Below, piece by piece: positions 1-14,419 of a stretch of DNA of 64,000 bases. The stretch is from Pavona decussata (Eukaryota), in NCBI GenBank assembly GCA_977016875.1, contig CDRNST010000104.1, positions 4,278,001-4,342,000 on the forward strand. The letters run 5' to 3'. The position numbers and the translations under genes were made by a program. The notes below the pieces were generated by a model, which was not told where the DNA came from, did not search any database, and saw only the letters and a list, made by a program, of their open reading frames with translations. Position 1 is the stretch's first letter, and each line of letters opens with the position of its first letter.

Positions 1-200
1 CAAAAGTTAACCGAGGTTTTCATTTCGCTCGTTAAAAATGTCTTAGAGAGCAAATATTAAGCTTAAGACAATGAAAAGGCTAAGTCAAAACTGAAGGACG
101 AAAATCTTTTCGAAAAATCTTTATTGGTTAATAATTAAATTCGAATCAAAGTTCAGGTTAATCTAGGATTAGTTTAATCGGACTTTGAACAACTGGGCCC
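1..200. mobile_element. Right end of a MITE with GGCCCAGTTGTTCAAA-type terminus
   Basis: Ends in tttgaacaactgggcc, the same terminus type as the complete element at 49296-49443. Confidence 0.45.
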
Positions 201-2011
201 ATGTGTCCGTGCATGTGCCTCGCACATAAAGCAAATAAAAATGAACAAGTTGAAGAGACGCACCTCAAACTGGGGCAAGATTCCTGCAGAGCCCCATGCA
301 TAAATTATAGGTACATTCAATGACTTGAACTCTACTCGTGATTGCTGGGGAATAGCATAAATAAGATTAGTTGAATGTATAATCAATGTATAGGTATGGG
401 GCTGGGTGGAAACCTTTCCGAAAAGAAAATTATCAAATCAGGTTTTCGTTGATCCAGAAATGATATGAAAGGACGTGTTTCAATGGCTTTATTCGTCCAA
501 GTTTAAGAAAATGTTTGATATAATTCTTGGATATGTATGTCCCCAAATTTAACAGAGGCATTTGACATTGTCCACCTTCCTTACTGACTCATTAGCTCAC
601 TGAAAATGTATTGAGAATGTATCAAAATGTGATAAAACAGGCACCTCTATTTCTTGGAAAACAACGATAATAATGATAATTAATAATATAGGACCCTATC
701 CAAACGTTTTAAGAATAGCAAGTGAATGCAGGCGCAGACTCATGACTCTCAAATCTTATTTTCAAAATAAAGGTACCCTAAATAGATAAACTGGACAATG
801 GTTTGGATTTTCTGTTGACACTTTGGTGATGTTGTGGTAACGATATATTGAAATTATGTTTTCCTCTTAATTTCTAGTTTTCTCCTGAATTGATGTCAAA
901 ACAAACTACATTGCCGCTCCGACATTACAGCGAAATATCCTGAATATCAGTGGCTCCAATGCATCCAGCGTCACAGCACACCCAATGACCTTTACGCTTA
1001 CGATCAGCTCCAAACCCATTGCACGCAAATGGTCACATTCAGTACGGTACCACAGTAAACCCAATAGCCAGCTGCAGACCCACAGCCGCCACACCCAGGT
1101 TCCAGTTTCAAAACCGTAGTTCCCCATTGGCCAGTCGTTCGTCAAGTCACTTCAGACTACCTTCGGCCTCACCTCAACCAATCAAGGCAAAGAAAACATC
1201 TTCAATATGGGCAGGAGCCCATTGGTCAGTCTTTTCCTTGTGGGTTGGGAATGGGGGTTAAATAGGAGCTCTGGATGAACCTTACAAAACACACTTATGC
1301 ACACACGTTCGGCCAGAAGTCCACGGACTTCTTATTCGGCTTATTTAACTTAACTGTAATTAGATTAATTAGTGGGTCCCCTGGGTTTGGTTGGCTTTTT
1401 CCCCCACCCCCTCCCCTGTGGGCAGGTTGTTCGGCTAATTACCGGATTTCATTCAGTCGTAATTTTTTTCGATGTTTTTTCGATCGGCAAATTTTTCTTC
1501 GAGTTCATCGGCTTCGACGTCGACTATTTCCGGAAACACCTCGCCATCGTGATCGTCGTCTCCGTGGCGTTCTCCCGCTTAGTCGCGCGAAATTCAATTG
1601 ATCTATCACGTTTCACTTGACAGTCCAAGCGCTGTGAAAAGTAAGACTTTTCATCGTAAGGTTCAATCAGACTTAATTAAAAAGCAGAATTTAGTAAACT
1701 GGAGACGCAAGGCCATTCACCTGTTGTAGGGAGACCTTATTTGGCCACTCCTTACAAGTTTAATGGTTTTCTCTAGTTACAGGTAGATAGTTAGCCAGGC
1801 TCGCAGTTTTGGACGGCTATCAAGTTATCTTTCAAGGGCGCCTCGAAATTGCGAAGAAAATTATCGATATTGGACGCAGGAAAGTTCACGCAGGAGATAA
1901 CGAACAAAGACGGTAGCCTAGCGCCAAATTTGTGAGCGTAGATCAGATCTCAGGAAACTCGTGACTTCATAACACTATTCAGACCGGCTTTTTGCTTGTT
2001 GAGTGTTTTAG

Positions 2012-2044
<33 letters not shown>

Positions 2045-4055
2045 TTGTTTTTTTTGTTTTTTACCTATTGGATGCGCCCCCACCTGCATTTCTCCGGTCT
2101 GAATGGGGTTACAATAGTTAGTGGGGCATTATGGGACAATGCACAGACCTTACTTTAGATCGTTTACATACTTAGTCTTCGAGACTAATCTACGACGGAG
2201 AATCACCACAGCACCTGGAGCCGCACCATAGGCAGCCCAACAGTTAACAAAGGTCTAGATAGCACACTAGTTTCAGGATTATAAAGTGACAGGTATTTAG
2301 AAGGTTCTTCTTGCTATGACAGCGTGGACAATGAGACGAATACGAAAGCCAATTCGTCATAAGCGAATTCACGTATATCTGTTTCTTTGTTGATCTTGCC
2401 TTGTGGGAGGAGTCTTCTTTGCAAACGAGAAAAGCCTACATTGCACCTTGTGGGCGAGAGAGCTTAGATCGTCTACAAATCGTAGGCGTATGTAGTCTTA
2501 ACAACCTATGGAGACTGGTTTAGTGCGAAACGTCCCTCAAAGACTTCACTGGTCCAGCACTGGTACTACATTGGCACTGTATTGGCACTACTTTGGTGCC
2601 GGCCGGTCGAAGAAAGAAGACCAAAGATTATCTTGCGCCAACGGTAAGCTTAGGTATCTAAGGTAGTCAGTGAAAGTAGACGAGGTAGTTGCCAAGACGG
2701 CGATGGAAGAAGATAATGTGCCAGTGATCCGAACCCGAAGAAGGTAATATCAATCTTTTGCACTATGAACGTATTTGACTGCCACGCACTGCATTACATT
2801 TTCCTTTGGCCTAGCAATGACTGTTTTGCTGGAAATGAAAAAGAGGTACTCGCATCCATTCTGAAGTGGTTATAGTAGCTGTAATCAAACTACCTTCTTG
2901 TGCAAATGGTTTGTTTCTCGAATTAGGAAGAGGAGTGTAGACATTGCAGATAGCACATAGCAGTAATAATTTCAGCTTAATCACAGCTGTTTTAACTTTG
3001 CGTTGCAGGACAAAGTTCAAGATTGGGGCACAAGAATTTGCGAGTAAAACTACATTCAAGGGAACTAAAAAGATTCTCATAGTATTGGCGCTAATCAATG
3101 TTTTTAGGAGGATTACAATCTTTCGCTTGGCGCTTCACTGAAGCTACCTCCCAGCAACGCATGTTAAATCCGCTGTTTTGTAAGTGATATCAAATAGTGC
3201 GTTTTCGCGATGACGTAATTTGGATACGACCACTGCAATTTCATCTCTAACCCGAAAATTACTTCAATAAGTCGATTAGGATTTAGCGCTGTTTTCCTTC
3301 GTATTTGCACAGCCTAAGAGGGGTAAGGCCTTAGTCAACTTCAAACCACATAAATTGGACACCAGTAGTTGTATTCGAATAACATCGCCGTGAGAACGTG
3401 CTATTGGCCGGCCGGCACCCGTCCCAGGTAAGACTTGTCGTTCATTCAAGCCTAACATCGCCCACCTTCGTTCCAAGTACGACAGGAAATCGCAACACTA
3501 TCATCATGGAGGATCTCTAGTATGGAGAAAGAGGCGCTATACCCTGGCATATGAGGTACGTGGGTTAACCATGTGATACAGCCACGAAGCTGTATCACGC
3601 TGGAAGATAACACCAGTTCCCAATCACTGCTAAAAGAATCGTCCGTGTTACTAACCAGTTCTCCCGAAACGCATCGTCGTAGAAAGCATCGGTTGGAAAT
3701 GATGTTATCTTCCATAAAAGATCGGTCCGGATTTCGATTTGAACTTTCGCTCTCATTCGGCCTTCGGCATATTTTTCGGCTTTTCGTCACGATTCCGCTT
3801 CAATTCGGTTTTCGGCTTCGCGCACAGTTGTTGTGCTGCACGCACAAGCTTGGTATCAACTATACCAGGCCGCAGCTGATCACCGCGTAACGTCCAGGGG
3901 CCCTGGAGTGTTCCATTTACTCGAGGTGTCACGTTTTACGTGCACAGGAGCACTCTTTGGTTTTACTGGACGCTAAATTTTTCATGTAGGTGCGCACCCG
4001 TCTTATATTTCATTTAGGTCCTGTGGCTTAATTAAGTTAATTAAATTATGTTATT

Positions 4056-4675
4056 AATACACTTAGGAAAATAAAACTAAAAAACTGTGTCTTGTGTCTT
4101 TATTCTGCGTCTTGTGTCTTTATTTTTAAACCGGCGACTACTTAACTAGACAGTACTAACGTAGCTATTTCATTTCAGGAACAATACTAACCACATGATT
4201 CGGTTTCAGAAAACAAACGACGATTTTTTTCTTATAATTATATAATTAATACACTTAGGGAAATAAAACTAAAAATACTGTGTCTTGTCTCCTTATTCTG
4301 CCTCTTGTGTCTTTATTCTTAAACTGCGGCTACTAAACTAAACAGTACTAACGCAGCTATTTTTTTTCAGGAACAATACTAACCAAATTATTCGGTTTCA
4401 GGAAACAAACGACGATTTTTTTTTCTTCAAAAGAATCAATGTCTTTTTCGGCGACAACAGCTACAACATTCAATGGATGCATTTCATTCGGTTTCAGGAA
4501 ACAAACGGCGAGTTTTTTTTCTTCAAAAGAGTCAACGTCTTTTTCGGCGACAACAGCTACAACATTCAATGGATGCATTTGATTCGGTTTATGGAAACAA
4601 ACGGCGATTTTTTTTTCTTCAAAAGAGTCAACATCTTTTTCGGCGACAACAGCTACAACATTCAATGGATGCACT
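4056..4675. repeat. Compound tandem duplication: ~190 bp x2 followed by ~96 bp x3
   Basis: aatacacttagg...caaacgacgattttt occurs twice; ttcggtttcaggaaacaaac...ttcaatggatgca occurs at 4391, 4487 and 4583. Confidence 0.85.
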
Positions 4676-5719
4676 TTGATTTGCGACGTTTCTAAGTAAA
4701 AGTAGCATGAATGTAAAAGCCATAACATGGCGCTTTATGTCTTAAAATAAAACTCTAATAAACAAAGAAAAGACTGGATGCGTGTTTAAATTCGTGTCCT
4801 TGTGTGGTTTATTAGGCAACTAACGTTTTAGTTTCAGGTCGAAAATTCAAATCATCTGGATTTTGAAGACTTCAAAGCACTTCGGATTCGTCTGCACTTC
4901 GTGAAGCTTCCCAAGACGTCTACAATTTCCTTTTTTCTTCTCCACCCGTCGTGACGGTTTTTTTGGAATGCGAAATCCGACTGGAGATTGCGATCAAGAC
5001 GTCCCTGCTGTCCACATTTGAAGGTCTTCCATGCGTACCACCACCCTTACTTCTGATTGCAGTAAGGCGGAGAATTGGCCAGTCTTTGGCAGTTTGCTGA
5101 GCATGACATACACGCTGCAACTGAGCTATGGAAGCTTCGGAAGACGGCCAGAGAATTTTCCTTTTTCTCTTCTCCATCCGGCGTGACTTTTTTTGGAAGG
5201 CGAAATCAAGACGCATGAAGTCCACTAACAGCGATCAGAAGGATCCTCGAGTTCCTCCATCGAGAGAATACAGTTGAGACGTAACAGCTCTCCAATGGTG
5301 AAGGTCTTCCATGCGTGCCAACATGCCACCGTGTCACCTAAGGCGGAGAATTCACACTTTATTTTTTATCGTCGTTTTAACAAATGATACTCTGTACTCT
5401 TTCAGTTCCTATTCCGTACGACGAATGTTTGCTTACTTTTTTGTTATCAACCGAAGGCTCATCGCTACTCAGATGGCTTTGGAGCATGTACACAGAACCG
5501 TGAGTATGGCATAAGCACTGAAACTTGTGGTGTTCACACTCGATCATTATACCGGAATGGATGACTGGCGTTACTATAATAATGAGTCGTGCAACCTAGT
5601 GTATGTAAGCCCAATGACCGGCTCAGTGTTGCGAACCAGTTTGTATCCTCAACAACTGCTTGGTATTTTGTATAAAAACTCTAAGAAGCTGTTATCTCAA
5701 GACCACAACCAGCTGGCTT

Positions 5720-6510
5720 AATGGATTCCAACCCAATGATCTGTGATAACGTTCAGTGTTTCATGCAAGATATTAGAAGAGTTTGGCTTGAAAGCTCAAA
5801 TCATTTTCTGTAGCTTCAGTATAATGGGTTCAAGCCCAATTGACTTCTGTGGTACTGATAAATCGTGTTAATGCTATTGAACTGAGATATTTGAAGCAGG
5901 TCAGAAAAACCGACCAGTATCTTAATAATGGGATTCAAACCCAGTCAGTGACCTCAGTCAGTGGTACTGAATCACTTATTCACCTGAATTTGTTATTATT
6001 TTATGTTGGACATTTAACGCAGCTCGGAAGCTCAGAACAATTGCTGTGGTTTCAGTCGAGTGGGATTCAAACCCAAATGACCTCTAGTAGTGGTTCGTTT
6101 TTTCTACTAATTGTGCTGTGCTACGTTTGACATTGAACTGAAAGCAGGTAAAACGACAGCTTGAGAAAGATCCGTGAAGCCTCAATCAGACTGGATTGAC
6201 TCCCAAGTGATCATCATGGTAACTGGTTCACATTTCGTCCATTTGTGTTCTGGCGGATACAAGTAAGATAGTTTAACAAGATGAAAAGTCTAGACCAAGT
6301 TTCGTGGCTTCAATCAAATGAGATTCAAACCAAGTTGACCTTTGTGGGTCTAATTTACCTTTCTACTTACAGTGTTGTGTTGAAATTTAACAGTGTTTGT
6401 GGTCTTGATGGATTCAAACCGAGCTTGTGCAAACAGGTTCAGCGTGCTTAGAAATTACACTGAGGTTAGCAGTTCCGACTGGAAAAACTGGGGCAGGATT
6501 CAAACCTGCA
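5720..6510 (-). repeat. Degenerate array of tRNA-derived (B-box-like) units
   Basis: About 8 recurrences of ggattcaaaccca(n)tgacc at ~90-130 bp spacing; this is the reverse complement of the tRNA T-arm GGGTTCGAATCC. Confidence 0.5.
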
Positions 6511-8115
6511 TGTAACCCTTATATATAGTCTCCGTCAGTTAAATATAGGACAACAAAAGCAGTATAAGTAAAACAGGGAATTAATTTAATCTGTTTCTAG
6601 TAGTTTCACTACTACAATTGCCTTTTTACAAATTGTAATTTTGACCAGAATTTTCAGGACATTTCAGACAGTGCCGTCGTCTTCATTTTTGAGACACATC
6701 CCTGCCAGTCCTGTGAACAGCTGTATGCCGTTTAGTGTCTTCATGGTGTCTTACCTACAAATCCAGTTGACTGTCAGCCTGCACACAAACATCAGTGAAC
6801 GTTTAGATGAGGTGAGGCAAAACAAAGGGCCAAACGTGCTTTAATTGTGGTACCCGTGAAATTTTCTACTGTCTATCCGTAATTGTCATACGTTGTCACA
6901 CGTCAGAAGCCTGAAATAAATTTCGTCTCCATAGGATATAGGGCCACCGAGATCGGTTTTAGCCTTATCAGATCAAAAAACAAGAAATAATTGGTGCTGG
7001 GAGCTGGCTAACGGCAATTGATTACATGGGAGAGTTTGAGTTTGAGTTTGAGTTTAAGTTGGAGCTCGTAAATTTTTTTCACTTTTAGGTGCAGTGTATG
7101 AAATTAAACCTAAATAAATAATGGTGCTTGGTATAAAGTTGCTAAACAGTGTCCATAGCCCCAAAGGAGCTTAGGCTTGCATTAACCAGCACAGTGCTAG
7201 ACTCTAAATGCTAAAAATCATTGCCTAGGTTTAAATACACTAAATTTAGGTAAGTGTTCGAGATAAAATACTATAAAATTAGGCTAGGATTTCAAACTAA
7301 AATAAACGTTTAACTCCAAACACTAAAATCAATTCTAAACCATAAGCTCTATTAAATTGTGAACGCTACCTCGAACTTAACTCAAACTTGAAACTCGACC
7401 TCTTAAAATGACTAATACCAGCAAAAGTTTTTGGGTGGAGATTGATTATTATTTTTAATTTTGCCGCAATCTACTATATCACAGCATATCAACTATATTT
7501 CACTTCATTTCACTTTCTCCAGCTGGCTACTAATCTGTGAATATTTTGAGTTGCAATTTTCCAGGTTATTCTAGATGCCATGTCCTGCCGCACGCTCATC
7601 CAAGAGCTGAAGAAAGACTTCAAGAGGGCAGGTTACTATCTCACGATGCTGAGGTTCCTATTGATGACTGCCTGCCAGTTTACGGATGTCCCGTCCCGAC
7701 CCGTATCAGTGTCAAAACGATTAGTTAAGAAGCAGTCCGAGCAGTACAGTTTTTCAAAGTCGGTTTGAATTTTCGTATTTTTGCAGACACTAAACTGTTT
7801 ATATTTATAAGTTGAAGTCTTTCAGGAAGTTGTATCCAGGATAGGAGTCGCCGTGTACCTGTACATCATCATCAGAAAGCTGGAGCAGCTTCCAAGCATG
7901 TTTCATGATGTTGAACCAGTCCTATGTTCCTATAAACAAGCATGGCCATATCAACAGACTACTATCCACAGGATCCACCTGAGAGGAAGAGAACAGCACG
8001 AAAGAGGTGCCTGGTTTCCACAGTCCACCGAACGCGATGTAGCAATTTCTGCTGTCTACTCCATGTGGTAAGTAATTTTGTGCATCAGCTGCGACTAACT
8101 TCATCACATCATCCA

Positions 8116-8291
8116 TAGGCCAGTTCCGAGTTGCTGTGAACCTCATTATGAAAGCGAGGCTAAGTGCAAAGTTTTTATTATGAAAATTAGTTTTCGTTCA
8201 TATGCAAACAAAAATCAATTTCCATATGAAAAGCTTTTGCACTTAGCCTCGCTTTCATGAGGTTCACAGCAGCTCGGAAATATATGGCCTA
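8116..8291. mobile_element. Palindromic MITE (truncated second copy at 55630-55757)
   Basis: taggcca..ttccgagttgctgtgaacctcat...atgaggttcacagcagctcggaa..tggccta inverted arms. Confidence 0.8.
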
Positions 8292-8486
8292 TTGGCCTCA
8301 CAATGTAGATATTAAGTCATTAAATTGAGAGTGGAAAGTAATTATTTGCGTTCGCTTCATGTTTTCAGCCAAAACTTGCTCGCACGTTTTTTACGTGCAT
8401 AGCGCCAGTCACGTACATTAGCATCGAGATCTATTGGTTTATTTTTTTTTTTACCTATGTGTAATTGGCCAGCAGTATGGTAAAGG

Positions 8487-8651
8487 CCCTATGCAAAAAT
8501 GGCTGACATTTTAATATTCTTTTGTCTACATTCACTAACCTCGTTCAAGGTAAAATATTCCTTTGATATTTGAACTTAAGAACGAGGTTACTTAAAGCCA
8601 ACTTGAATGGAAACAAAAGAATATTAAAATGTCAGCCATTTTTGCATAGGG
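8487..8651. mobile_element. MITE with ~39-bp perfect terminal inverted repeats
   Basis: ccctatgcaaaaatggctgacattttaatattcttttgt ... acaaaagaatattaaaatgtcagccatttttgcataggg. Confidence 0.8.
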
Positions 8652-10954
8652 TCTATGAGCTTACGTCAGTTGATTGAAAACCACTCTGAGTCTATATTAA
8701 ACTTTTTTCAGGTCAAGGAGGACATGTTGTTGCTGCGTGACATGGCCTCGTGACATGACAGTGCCTACTATGCTGTTGCAATTGCTTCCCACTGTCGTCA
8801 GTTTGCTCGCTGATCTAGAGCTTCATAGGCGTGAAAGGTTAGTAATTCAAAACATGAGACCCGGTTGAGCCCTTGATCATGTCGTTTCCTTTTTTAAACC
8901 TTGAAAGAGTTGACGTGGTTTTAAGTTAATTTTAAATTTGTCGCCGTGGAGGTGGTGTGGCCCAGTCAGTTGGAGCACCGGCCTCAAAATCTGGAGTTCG
9001 CGAGTTTAAAAGTCCCGCCCTGGCCACTAGCCAAAGTTGTTTCGAGGTAGCCACTAACTCCTTGGTCACTGTGCTTTATATTAGGCCTATTTATGACTTT
9101 AAACCATCTTAGATTAAGTTGGATTACTGATTGGTTTCCGATTATTTGGATGGAGTGCCTCTTAGCTGGCTTTCTTGGTGTAACCAGTACAATTCCACTA
9201 TACTGATCAACGTATTTACATTTTTTACATATACATCCCGATAAAACTCTAGGGTGCTTTTCTGTAGTACAGTTTCTGTTTTACTCAGTGTTTTACAAAG
9301 TGGTTTTCCCAATTTTGGCACTAAGCTGCTACCTCTTGGGGTAATTCCGTTTAGAAACTGATCATCTGGATCCGGATAAGGAAACACTAAAAAGGGCCGG
9401 AAAATTCACAATTTTTTTACTTTCTTGAACGTTTCAGGTTCTGAACCAGATGTTGTTCCCAACTTCAAGAAGCGTAGTACCTTTCCTGCTGGTGACTCTT
9501 TGACATCGCTGGTTTTCAATTCAGTATTTCACGCTTAGGTAAGTAAGTTTTTATATGCCTTCGTAAGATGTTGGCAAGCCGCAAACCTTTCCACCAAAGT
9601 GTGATAAAGCGTGCCAACGAATTTTAAAAGAAATCACGTTTGTGATAATCTTATTTCTCGTAAAGGGGAAGTAAAAATACTGCAAATTTAAATTGCAAAT
9701 TTAAAAGTATGCTTCAGTCATGAAAACGCAACGAAAAGTTGTTGAACTGGTGAATATTTCCAGTTTTCTTTTTTCATGCGTTAGATTGGGGACGTGGCGT
9801 CGGTGGTGTTGATCTCTAAGAACATTAGCTGATTTGCTTCTGTTTACTTTCTTGTAGAAGAACTTATCATCGCATGTTATATCAATGTCTTCATACCACG
9901 ATACAAACCATTACAGCATCCACAACGTGTAAAAGCATGACTGTGTCGCTTCCAGGAGGTACGTTGCGATACGGTATTTCACGTTTTGACTGAGACGTCT
10001 CTATGAGTAATATAACCAATCATTGTCCTTGAAGCCACTAAGGATAGCTGTATTGCTAACCGCGGGGTAGCAAGCGTTTCTTGTACAATTTGTTAAACAG
10101 TTCTCTCTTGTAGTCACTGTGTCCGTTGTTGTCGTTCTCTTTTCATTCAGAAATAGAAGAATAAGGCTAGCAGCGTAGATCTCCTAACACCTTCGCTGAT
10201 TTCCTTACTTTTTTTACTTCGTTACAGATTGAATTAGCTAACACCACAAACTTTACCTAATTTCTTTATGATCGAATCCATACCATCACTGGAAGCATTC
10301 AGAACTGAAGTGCAGAACCTGTGTTATGTGTATGTTCCAAGAGGTAACAATTACATTTCTATGAATGTTCAATATCCAATTGCTCCTTACATGCAATTAA
10401 TCGATAGATTGCCAAGACAACCAGTATCACGAAAAAAAAAAAGGAAATCATTGACCGACAGCTTACATGATGCATGATTACCAGAAGAAGCGTTTACAAT
10501 CGTTAAAGAAAACCTTTTATTGTAGGGAAAGGAGGAAATCCACTCAAATTTAATAATAGACAGAAATAACTTACCACAAGAGAAGCCACGAACAGGAAGG
10601 TTTGAGAGACCTACGTATTTGTTAGCTTTCTTCAACTGCAAGCGAAAAGGAAGGGGGGGGGGAGGGAGGTGAACAGGGATGAAACACTAAGCGAGAGTCA
10701 GTAAAGGCTACAAACGTAATTTTAATTGTCAAGGTGAAAGTGTTGTGGTAATTCAGACATCGCAAATTAACTTAACGTTTTTTGTTTTTAGATAACGCGG
10801 TCAAGAACATGGCTCGAAAGTTTACGAGGGACAAGTCAGGAGAGTGAAGTACCGGTAATCAGAATATTGTGGATAAACTTGCGTCCATAGCAAATGAGAG
10901 GAGAGTATCAAGTCGTCGGAATAAAAAACGCCAACTAGATAAGATAGAACTTAC

Positions 10955-11141
10955 ACTGCAAAACAGTTGTTAGTTTCGTCTGTGACGAAACATACTGTGG
11001 ATGAATGGTTTGGGGTGAGCCACGAGACTCGTGCGCAACAATGCACGCTTTCGGAGGTTTTTGCCTCGCGCTTGCACCTTCGGTGTTTTGCTTCTCCTTT
11101 TGAGAATTCGAAGTGAAAAAAACGAACGGCTGTTTTGCAGT
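10955..11141. mobile_element. MITE with ACTGCAAAACAG termini (related copy 31081-31263)
   Basis: actgcaaaacag ... ctgttttgcagt; two copies of similar length in the window. Confidence 0.6.
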
Positions 11142-12302
11142 TTAAGATAAACTAATCTATAGTAACTTAAGTAGAAAAGGATTCTGTGAGTGATCTCTTT
11201 CTGGAACGTTCACGGATCACCTAATTTCTCGGAGAGCCCGAGTATGAAAACATTTCGCTTCGAGTTTCTCTTCTTCTCACACAAATCAGCCTGAACAACT
11301 TGAGGACTCTTGTCAAAACGATTGATGCGAAAAAAGTATATTGGCCTACTACTCAAGGAGTTGCCGACGAGGTATTTTCCAAAATAATCATGTCAAATTC
11401 CCATTACCCTTTTCCTCGCCTTCCCTTTCCAACAAACCAACCCCCCCCAACCCTATCAGAACCAAGGACATGTTAGAAGCAACCCCCCCTACCACCCTCC
11501 CCGCTAACGTGGTTATAAACACGAGGTCATTATTTCATGAGATCCTTGCTTTTAGGGTTCATGAGGTCATACATCGTTGCCAGTCCCACCAAACCCACAA
11601 GGCAGAGGGATGACCAGCCTGCGAGCGAGCGCAGACGAATTTCTGTTTACCGTGATATGAAACAAAATGAAGGGGAGGGACTAGAATAATGTCGCAATTG
11701 AGAGAGCTAAGTGCAAAATGTCCTAGCTATGAACTGGTCATGTATCTAATATATCATAAATAGATGGGAACGTTTTGCACTGACAGCCTCTCAATTAACT
11801 TATGTCGTGTAAGACTCTCGTTGATTCATAACTGTGTCGACACCTCAGCATTAAGTTGAGCAAGCGGGCCATCCCTTTGTGCTTTCATGATTCATGCCTG
11901 ATTCATGCCGCTTCATAGGTTTTACCATTTGAAATAAAACCCGTGTACTTCACTCGCCTCTTGACATCTCCTTGCGTTAAAAAAAAAAACATTTCCGTGA
12001 CGGGTTGCAAATTACTTTCATTGGTAATTGTTCGAGTATCGATATCTCTCCACTTAACTGTTTCCAAAAGGTTGTTTGGGTTGTTTGTGCAAGAATGGTA
12101 ATTATTTGAAATGACGTTTCAAAGACTTGTAGTCTGTTTGTATTATACTGCTGTGGTCTTCTGGAAAGAGTGTGGTCACTCGCAGGGATAGACAAAATAA
12201 TTAGTTACTTTTTTAAACCCTTTTTCGCCAACATGTCGAGCTTAAAATTAAAATTTAAGAAAAAAATTGTAAATCAAAACTAAATTCAACATTATTGAAG
12301 AA

Positions 12303-12733
12303 CAAACAGTATTGTGTGAGGTAATTTAACTTGAATGGTCACGCAATGGCATTTCATCCGCACGAAAAAGTGGAACCACAAAAGATTTGATATTTTATTG
12401 TCGGAGTAACAGGGTTAAAAGGACTTAAAACTTAAGATTAAATTTATCGAATCGGAAAATGTTGTGTATAGAAGTAAGCCAATGTAGTGACGGATTTCGG
12501 ATGAAGAATTGTCAAACAGTATTGAGTGAGGTAATTTAGCTTGAATGGTCACGCTATGGCATTTCAGCCGTGGACGGAAATCTGGAACCCCAAAATTTTA
12601 TATCTACTGTGGGAGTAACAGGGTTGAAAGACTTAAAAGGTTGTCATTTTCAGCTACGATTAAATGTGTCGAATTGGAAAATTTTGTCTATAGTACGCAA
12701 CCTAATGAAGTGACGGATTTCGGATGATGAATT
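12303..12733. repeat. Direct tandem duplication, ~210 bp x2
   Basis: caaacagtattg...gtgacggatttcggatga(a/t)gaattg at 12303 and 12513. Confidence 0.85.
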
Positions 12734-14419
12734 GGCTAACGTAATGCAACATTATTTCGGCCCTAGACGAAAAAAAAAGTTCAAATTCTAACGAGACGTT
12801 TTCGTAGTATACTCACCACAGGATACAGATTTTTCAAAATAATTACTAAGCACATTGTTCTTCTGTTGGTTCTCTGCCTTTAGTTTTCTCCTGGTAATTT
12901 TCTTATCATGTACTACATGTGTTTGAGTTTATTACCAAAAGAATTATTCTCCTGTTAATTTTTTTGTTTTGTTTTTAAACAGCAGTTAGATTTCAACACC
13001 AACACAAATATTTAACGGTCTTTTTTTAGCGTTGCTGCAATATTAATTGGGTGGAAATTTGTTTCTAGTTCTTATGCACAACAAAAGCAGTAAATAACAT
13101 CCTGGGTGATCAATGTACTGATGTACCGTGGATGACATAGAACTGTATCAGTACTGTAAACAAAGTTGGGGAAGCAGAGTGGCCCTCGAATCGTACAAAG
13201 AAAAGTATGAGACCAAATTGTTACGTCGCTTCCCTCTCGCGTCCAGTATAATTCAAGTCCCGTAAAAACTGGAAATTGATCGATCGTAGTAAATTAACCC
13301 AATAACAACAGAAACAACAAAGTCATATCGCTTGACTTCGAACAGTGCCAGGCCCAGAGTCCAATAGACTGCAGGTTCGATTCGTAACTGTAAACTGAAT
13401 TATATCTGACGCAACTGACATGTGACGCATAGTTTATACCTTATTGTATCGAGGATAAATTAATGCGACAACTGGTTCTAGCGTTTGCAAAAAAGCGCTT
13501 CAACTTCACTGCTTTATTTTAGAGTGCCATACCAGGCAGTTATTTGGTGTTTGTTCTTGTTAGAGCTGTAGTGTTCATTTTCAACTTTACTTTCAGTGGT
13601 CAGTGTGTTTTTCTTGATATATATAATTGCAATATAAGTACTTTATACTGAATTATTTTCACTGACTAGCAAGAAAACTTAAGAAATATGGGTTAACTTT
13701 TTCTAAAAGGAAAGGAATATTGATTTTATTTGTAAATCTTTTGGTTCTCGTTTCCTTCTTTAAAGGTTCACATTGAGTAAATTTTTTTCAAACTTGAGGC
13801 GAGAAATTACTCAGTTTGGCTGCACTTGGGACATCTGAAATCTACCTGATGGTAACAAGCTTAACCTCAGTAACAAAGCAATAACCAACTAATACAGGAA
13901 GATTTCTTGGTGTTCCAGGAGAACTGAAAAATGCTTCAGAAAGTAACAAATCCATTATTGGTAGAAACAGCAAATTTACGCCAAAGAATTGATTGAGAGA
14001 CCACTGGTGTCTTAACTTGACGACTTTAGCACTACAAGTCCTCTAATTTTTCTTGGTAACTCAGTTACTGTGTCACATGTTACTGTTATACAATAAAATT
14101 GACAGAAGTTTGAAATGATGTGTTCCTTTTTTTGGCTTACTCCTAATGTTCTGTTTTCTAACTATTGGTGATGTTATCTACGTGGGTCTGATCCGGAGAA
14201 TCCAACAAGAAAATTAAAGAAAAGAAGTTGAAATGTAGTTTAGTGCATTCCTACATAATTTCATGGCCTTAAAATGAGTTAGCTAGCATGGTTTGATCTG
14301 CTCGGATTCTTAAGCTTTAAATTTCAATTGCCGAAAACTTTAGGGAATATTTTCAATGTTATTATCAATTGAAATTTTTTCTTTGTGAAGTTTAATGCTC
14401 GGCCCCACTAGCACTTGTG

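Noticed and set aside
900-3900. GC-richer patches with coding-like stretches (e.g. minus strand DDDHDGEVFPEIVDVEADELEEKF near 1460-1565; 3640-3830)
   Set aside because: Interrupted by stops, with no recognisable domain or consistent splice chain; possibly decayed TE or viral sequence, but I cannot support a call.
4357-4728. 123-aa ORF with repeated HPLNVVAVVAEKDVDSFEEKK
   Set aside because: By-product of a 96-bp tandem repeat (a multiple of 3), open in several frames on both strands.
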